DNA of 64,000 nucleotides, taken from IMG/VR virus record IMGVR_UViG_3300047678_000102; one strand, 5' to 3'. The DNA comes from an uncultured virus (IMG/VR IMGVR_UViG_3300047678_000102) (Duplodnaviria; Heunggongvirae; Uroviricota; Caudoviricetes). The notes under the pieces are model-generated. The model searched no databases. It was given only the letters and a program-made list of their open reading frames with translations, and was not told the origin of the DNA. Positions 60,175-64,000 of this stretch are shown piece after piece. Each line of letters opens with the position of its first letter. Position 1 is the first letter of the stretch. Both the position numbers and the translations under genes were made by a program.

Positions 60175-60900
60175 TTAGCTACCCTCTCTCAACACCTTGT
60201 TTTTCTTAATAGACGTTTTACTCCAATGACCTCCTTGAATGAAGTCATGTCGCACCATCTTCCAACGATGTGTCATCCACTCACCATCTCCAACTTTAAC
60301 GTATACTCCCTCTCTTTTTTGGTTAGGAGCATATAAGCTATCTTGTTGACACAAGTATTCTAACTGTTCATAACTTTCGATCTTTCCAGTATGAAGAAGA
60401 GGAACTACTTGGAACCCGCTATCTGTTAACCAACTTCTTGCTACGATAGGATCAACAAACATTTGCCTCTCATAATTATACAGATCGAATGCTACAAACA
60501 AACTTGGTAGATGGGTGTATGGCAATCCATGTGTTGCATATAACCATTCACCATAAACACTTACTGGTTCAATAGCTAAACGATCAAACTTCTCTTTGTT
60601 TTCATACCACCAGTTCCATACACTAGCAAACTGCATTTTAGCAGGAGTTCTAGCTTGGCTGAACCCCTTATGCAGTATGTGGTTACGATTTCTAATTATT
60701 GGTTGATTATCAACCATTGCCATACCGCAATTAGCACCGTCGATTTTTTCTTCAACGACAGCTCCAGCACTATCAAAAATAATTCCACATTCTTTTACAG
60801 AAGATATGAGATCCCCACGTTGTACATTAGGCTTGTGAGGGAGATGTAGTGTCCTCGGATAATCTGGAAGAATATCACTTTCTCGAAGTTTCTTTGTCAT
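60175..60900 (-). CDS. RNA ligase family protein (Rnl2-like nucleotidyltransferase)
   Basis: YPRTLHL; EEKIDGAN; YGEW; FDLY; EGVYVK; KMVR..F. Confidence 0.8.
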   Translation of the reverse strand: MTKKLRESDILPDYPRTLHLPHKPNVQRGDLISSVKECGIIFDSAGAVVEEKIDGANCGMAMVDNQPIIRNRNHILHKGFSQARTPAKMQFASVWNWWYENKEKFDRLAIEPVSVYGEWLYATHGLPYTHLPSLFVAFDLYNYERQMFVDPIVARSWLTDSGFQVVPLLHTGKIESYEQLEYLCQQDSLYAPNQKREGVYVKVGDGEWMTHRWKMVRHDFIQGGHWSKTSIKKNKVLREGS

Positions 60901-60917
60901 AAATTACTGCCTACAAG

Positions 60918-60946
60918 TTTGACGGTTTAGGTAATGTCAGGGCTTT
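60918..60946 (-). promoter_or_regulatory. Phage early promoter copy 27
   Basis: AAAGCC-N16-CGTCAAA. Confidence 0.85.
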
Positions 60947-60948
60947 TG

Positions 60949-61527
60949 TTAATTCAACCCTTTCTTTATCCAATTTTCGGCTGCAGTAATGATCATTGGA
61001 TGTGCATACTTCAATACTTCCCTCCAACTTACATCATGAGTTGGTTGGACACCAAAATGTTGGAATGCAGAATATCTTTTTGGTCTGCCCACTTTCAATA
61101 AATTAGGATTGAGAATATATAGTCTTGATGCTTCTGCAAATGATTCACTAGCATTTGGCTCGTAGGATGATACCTTTTCTTCTCCTCTGCAGAGGTTTTT
61201 CCACTTGGTCGAAATATACTTTAACTCTTTATCTAAGTGGTGGCCACACTCGTGGCAGACGACTCCAGCCGGAGTAAGATCCGCTTTGAACCCGGTAAAG
61301 GTCCATGAGTAACCAGGGGCAGAAACGCACTTCTTGGTCGTTTTTAGATTGACGTGAGCAGTGTCTTTGAAGTAAATCCCATACCTAGCCCATTTTGTCC
61401 ATCTTCCAGCGTATGCTAATTCAAACTTTGGAACTTTTATGTTGTTGAGCGTAAAGAATTCTATACATTCTCTTTTCCCAAGTTCGGCAAGATCATCTTT
61501 TGTATCATTATGATCTGCTGAAAACAT
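60949..61527 (-). CDS. Zincin-like metallopeptidase
   Basis: HECGHHLD (HExxH)..SSY..ESFAE. Confidence 0.7.
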   Translation of the reverse strand: MFSADHNDTKDDLAELGKRECIEFFTLNNIKVPKFELAYAGRWTKWARYGIYFKDTAHVNLKTTKKCVSAPGYSWTFTGFKADLTPAGVVCHECGHHLDKELKYISTKWKNLCRGEEKVSSYEPNASESFAEASRLYILNPNLLKVGRPKRYSAFQHFGVQPTHDVSWREVLKYAHPMIITAAENWIKKGLN

Positions 61528-61546
61528 GATGTAAACTCCTTATACC

Positions 61547-61582
61547 AAAAGAAAAGAGGATGGGTTTGACCCCATCCTCTTT
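61547..61582 (-). terminator. Intrinsic terminator after the wHTH pair
   Basis: AAAGAGGATGGG/CCCATCCTCTTT stem plus U-run on - strand. Confidence 0.8.
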
Positions 61583-61605
61583 ATGGTTACATCAATATGG
61601 ACGAA

Positions 61606-62331
61606 TTACTTATCCATATTCAAACGCCATCCTTCACCCTCAACTTCTTCAACGAACTTCCCAATACCACGATTCTTCTTCTGCCAGTACTTGAAGTGAT
61701 TGACAATTCTCTTCTCGTCAATACCCAGCTTCTCAGCAATACTAGCAGCCGTTCGCGGCTTGTCTGACAACTCAGCGTTAATCATCGCTGGCTCGTGCCC
61801 CAAACGGCAACCAAAGATGTCAGTGGTTGCTTCCTTTTCGACCTTCGGAGCCTTTTCCTTTGGTGCTTTCTTTTCCTTCGGAGTTTTCTTTTCCAACACT
61901 GTAGTGGACATGTCTGAACCCTCCTCAGAATGAGAACTCTTACCAGAAGACTTCTTACCACCCAACACATTCAATTTCAACTCCCCACCCTTAACTTGGA
62001 TGAGGTAATCAAAGACCTCTCGGTCTTCGTCGGATTTCATTCCCACCTTGTCGTCTTCACCAAGACGGGATACCCGTTCAGTCATCTTTTTGTTATCCCA
62101 TCCCTCAGCGGACTTGAATCCTGCCGAAAGATAGATTCTCTTCATTTGATCTGCAGAAACACTCAGGACGCCGTCTGTGACGGTGCCTTGAGTCACTTCT
62201 GGAGTGCCATTCTTCTCCACCTTCTCGTTGGTGTCAACGGAAGTAGTAGCTTCGACGGGTGCTTCAACGGTTGCGGTTGCGTTCGATTCGGTAGCCATTT
62301 CTGGTGTCTCCACTGTGTTAACTTCTGACAT
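61606..62331 (-). CDS. Multidomain wHTH-family protein (paralog 3) with Lys-rich linker
   Basis: FGCRLGHEPAMIN..PRTAASIAEKLG..RIVNHFKYWQKKNRGI; KKTPKEKKAPKEKAPK. Confidence 0.8.
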   Translation of the reverse strand: MSEVNTVETPEMATESNATATVEAPVEATTSVDTNEKVEKNGTPEVTQGTVTDGVLSVSADQMKRIYLSAGFKSAEGWDNKKMTERVSRLGEDDKVGMKSDEDREVFDYLIQVKGGELKLNVLGGKKSSGKSSHSEEGSDMSTTVLEKKTPKEKKAPKEKAPKVEKEATTDIFGCRLGHEPAMINAELSDKPRTAASIAEKLGIDEKRIVNHFKYWQKKNRGIGKFVEEVEGEGWRLNMDK

Positions 62332-62411
62332 TTCCTTGCTCCTCCACTAAACTTATTTTAGAAACGAAACACGAAAAAGTAAATTACCTATTAAAAATTT
62401 CATAAAAAGTT

Positions 62412-62906
62412 TTACACTAATACAAAGTATTTTCCATCTTTAACTTGGATGTGTGGCCCAATCCCCCTTCCTTTCTTTTTCCAATAATTGAAATGATCTA
62501 ACACTCTGTCCGGGTCTTCGTCACATTCCTTACCAATTTGAGCCAATGTTTTAGGTGTTGAAGTAACCACTGCGTTAATGTTCGCAGGAGATCTTCCTAT
62601 CAAACACCCAAATCTATCCCTTGTACTTACTTTATCCAATCCTGCTTTTTCATTACCTGATTTGGTAGCTTTCTCTCGTTTAACTTCATCAATAATGACG
62701 TGGGTATACTTAGTGTACTCCTCAGTAGAAATTGATTCCACCATAGTCATGTTAGACCACCAAATATACTCTACTTTCGATCCTTTCTGTAGTTTAACCT
62801 TGGCCCCTGAATCATTACAATCAATCAACATCCCATAGATTGGTGTAATGGCAGGTAGTTTGAAAGGACTATTTAACGGAAGAAATTTCAACGCTACTAA
62901 CTTCAT
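62412..62906 (-). CDS. wHTH-family protein (paralog 4)
   Basis: FGCLIGRSPANIN..PKTLAQIG..RVLDHFNYWKKKGRGI. Confidence 0.75.
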   Translation of the reverse strand: MKLVALKFLPLNSPFKLPAITPIYGMLIDCNDSGAKVKLQKGSKVEYIWWSNMTMVESISTEEYTKYTHVIIDEVKREKATKSGNEKAGLDKVSTRDRFGCLIGRSPANINAVVTSTPKTLAQIGKECDEDPDRVLDHFNYWKKKGRGIGPHIQVKDGKYFVLV

Positions 62907-62947
62907 TGGTTCTCCTACTGTATTGTTTTGGCCTCTTCCGTTAAATG

Positions 62948-62976
62948 TTTGACGTTCCTAATAATCTTAGGGCTCT
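62948..62976 (-). promoter_or_regulatory. Phage early promoter copy 28
   Basis: AGAGCC-N16-CGTCAAA. Confidence 0.85.
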
Positions 62977-62979
62977 TGA

Positions 62980-63459
62980 TTAACCATTTAATTCATCACC
63001 GAAAATAACTTTAGAAGGTGCGCAGTTAAACATCCATTCATCTGCCCATTCTTTAAGACCATTACGGAACTCCGTTCTTCCACCTTCGTAACAATTAAAC
63101 AAAGTGGAATAATCTAAGTAGTTACCGAAGTCAATCTTGATTGAACTATCAGAGATGCCGACGTTCTTATCACCAGGAAGGTATACCGTAGCGGTTAGAT
63201 TAGTATTCTTGGGTGCTGATACCACTCCAGTATCCTCTTCAAGGATCTTCTCAGCTGCTTCCTTACACACCTTCAAAGTTCCTGTAATATTGAATGGACG
63301 AGGATTGAAATCCTTCTTCTCTTTGTCTAGCTTTCTTAGATGAAATCTACCAGACATACCTATGGGGAAGATCTTGAAATCTCCCAGGTCGCTTTCATAA
63401 ATGCTACCACGAGGTGCCTTGTGAACTGCCTTCCACTTGATCATGTTGCATTTCTCCAA
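62980..63459 (-). CDS. Hypothetical protein
   Basis: ORF in operon orientation. Confidence 0.6.
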   Translation of the reverse strand: MEKCNMIKWKAVHKAPRGSIYESDLGDFKIFPIGMSGRFHLRKLDKEKKDFNPRPFNITGTLKVCKEAAEKILEEDTGVVSAPKNTNLTATVYLPGDKNVGISDSSIKIDFGNYLDYSTLFNCYEGGRTEFRNGLKEWADEWMFNCAPSKVIFGDELNG

Positions 63460-63466
63460 AAAAGTG

Positions 63467-63691
63467 TTAAGATTTGGAACGTCTTCTCCAACCTACTTGT
63501 TGATTTGTTAAGTTAACATCTAAGTCTAGCAAAGCATCGAAGATGGTTTTTCCATACCTTTTAATATCAATTCCTGCATAACCATCTTCTGCTTCTAATT
63601 CAGCTTGGTATCCATCAACCACATACATAATTTGGACTCGTTCGTGAAGCCCTAAGCATTGTTCAATTTCGTCTAATTTAGTGTCTTCCAT
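63467..63691 (-). CDS. Hypothetical protein, probably leaderless
   Basis: ATG lies 5 nt after CGTCAAA of promoter 29; no RBS. Confidence 0.6.
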   Translation of the reverse strand: MEDTKLDEIEQCLGLHERVQIMYVVDGYQAELEAEDGYAGIDIKRYGKTIFDALLDLDVNLTNQQVGWRRRSKS

Positions 63692-63696
63692 ATTAG

Positions 63697-63725
63697 TTTG
63701 ACGCTCCTAATAATCTTAGGGCTCT
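63697..63725 (-). promoter_or_regulatory. Phage early promoter copy 29
   Basis: AGAGCC-N16-CGTCAAA. Confidence 0.85.
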
Positions 63726-64000
63726 TGTATTATCAAGAGTTTAACCATTTAATCCACGTCCAAAACATTGGTCTTACAGAGACCAATAGGATAGCAATCC
63801 CGCAAAACAAAGAGGCAAAGGTAATAGTATACCCCCAAGAATCGTACTGACAGTCCCCATATATTGGTAATGTTTCATATACCATATACCCATATTTTGT
63901 TACTTTAACAGTTTCATATTTAACGATCGGAGCTTTCATATCTACAAACTTACCTATTGATCCACCTAGGAATACCCCACCGACAACAAATAATACAGAG

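Noticed and set aside
4082..63343. Numerous + strand ORFs in the track beyond 4.1 kb, and - strand ORFs in 135-4159
   Set aside because: Antisense shadows of real genes, without RBS or motifs; RNase H at 59011 is the exception
111..63725. Repeated ~40-bp motif read as a CRISPR array or attC-type sites
   Set aside because: Copies are 0.2-6.5 kb apart, bipartite with a variable fixed-length core, non-palindromic and oriented with transcription; no cas or integrase gene seen

Overview
This window is 64 kb of a large (jumbo-type) dsDNA phage genome, probably starting at or near a physical end. It holds early/accessory genes only; I recognised no capsid, terminase or polymerase genes. Small ORFs are densely packed: a short + strand arm (1-4054) converges at a 16-bp hairpin (~4093-4132) on a long - strand arm. 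Several proteins (RimI, TIGR02996-like motifs, two Gemmataceae-type hypotheticals) point to a high-GC Planctomycete host; this is inference from remembered sequences. Transcription units are marked by 29 copies of an ECF-sigma-like promoter, ARAGCC-N16-CGTCAAA, with an invariant 16-bp spacer. The most striking signals are RNA-level. (1) Two covarying type II hammerhead ribozymes (1773-1829, 2625-2681) flank a 3-gene cassette; the excised 852-nt RNA would rebuild a complete hammerhead if circularised. (2) A canonical tRNA-Arg(UCU) is interrupted in its anticodon loop by an 86-nt insert that is itself a topologically rewired tRNA-Arg(UCU)-like RNA. (3) Other non-canonical tRNAs occur alongside two RNA ligases and a Pnk-like kinase. 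The window also has several paralog families (wHTH, DUF6197-like and others), an alarmone hydrolase, a PyrD-like enzyme, RNase H and a NUMOD3 homing endonuclease. Protein family calls come from motif recognition by eye, not database searches, and many small hypothetical ORFs are not listed.
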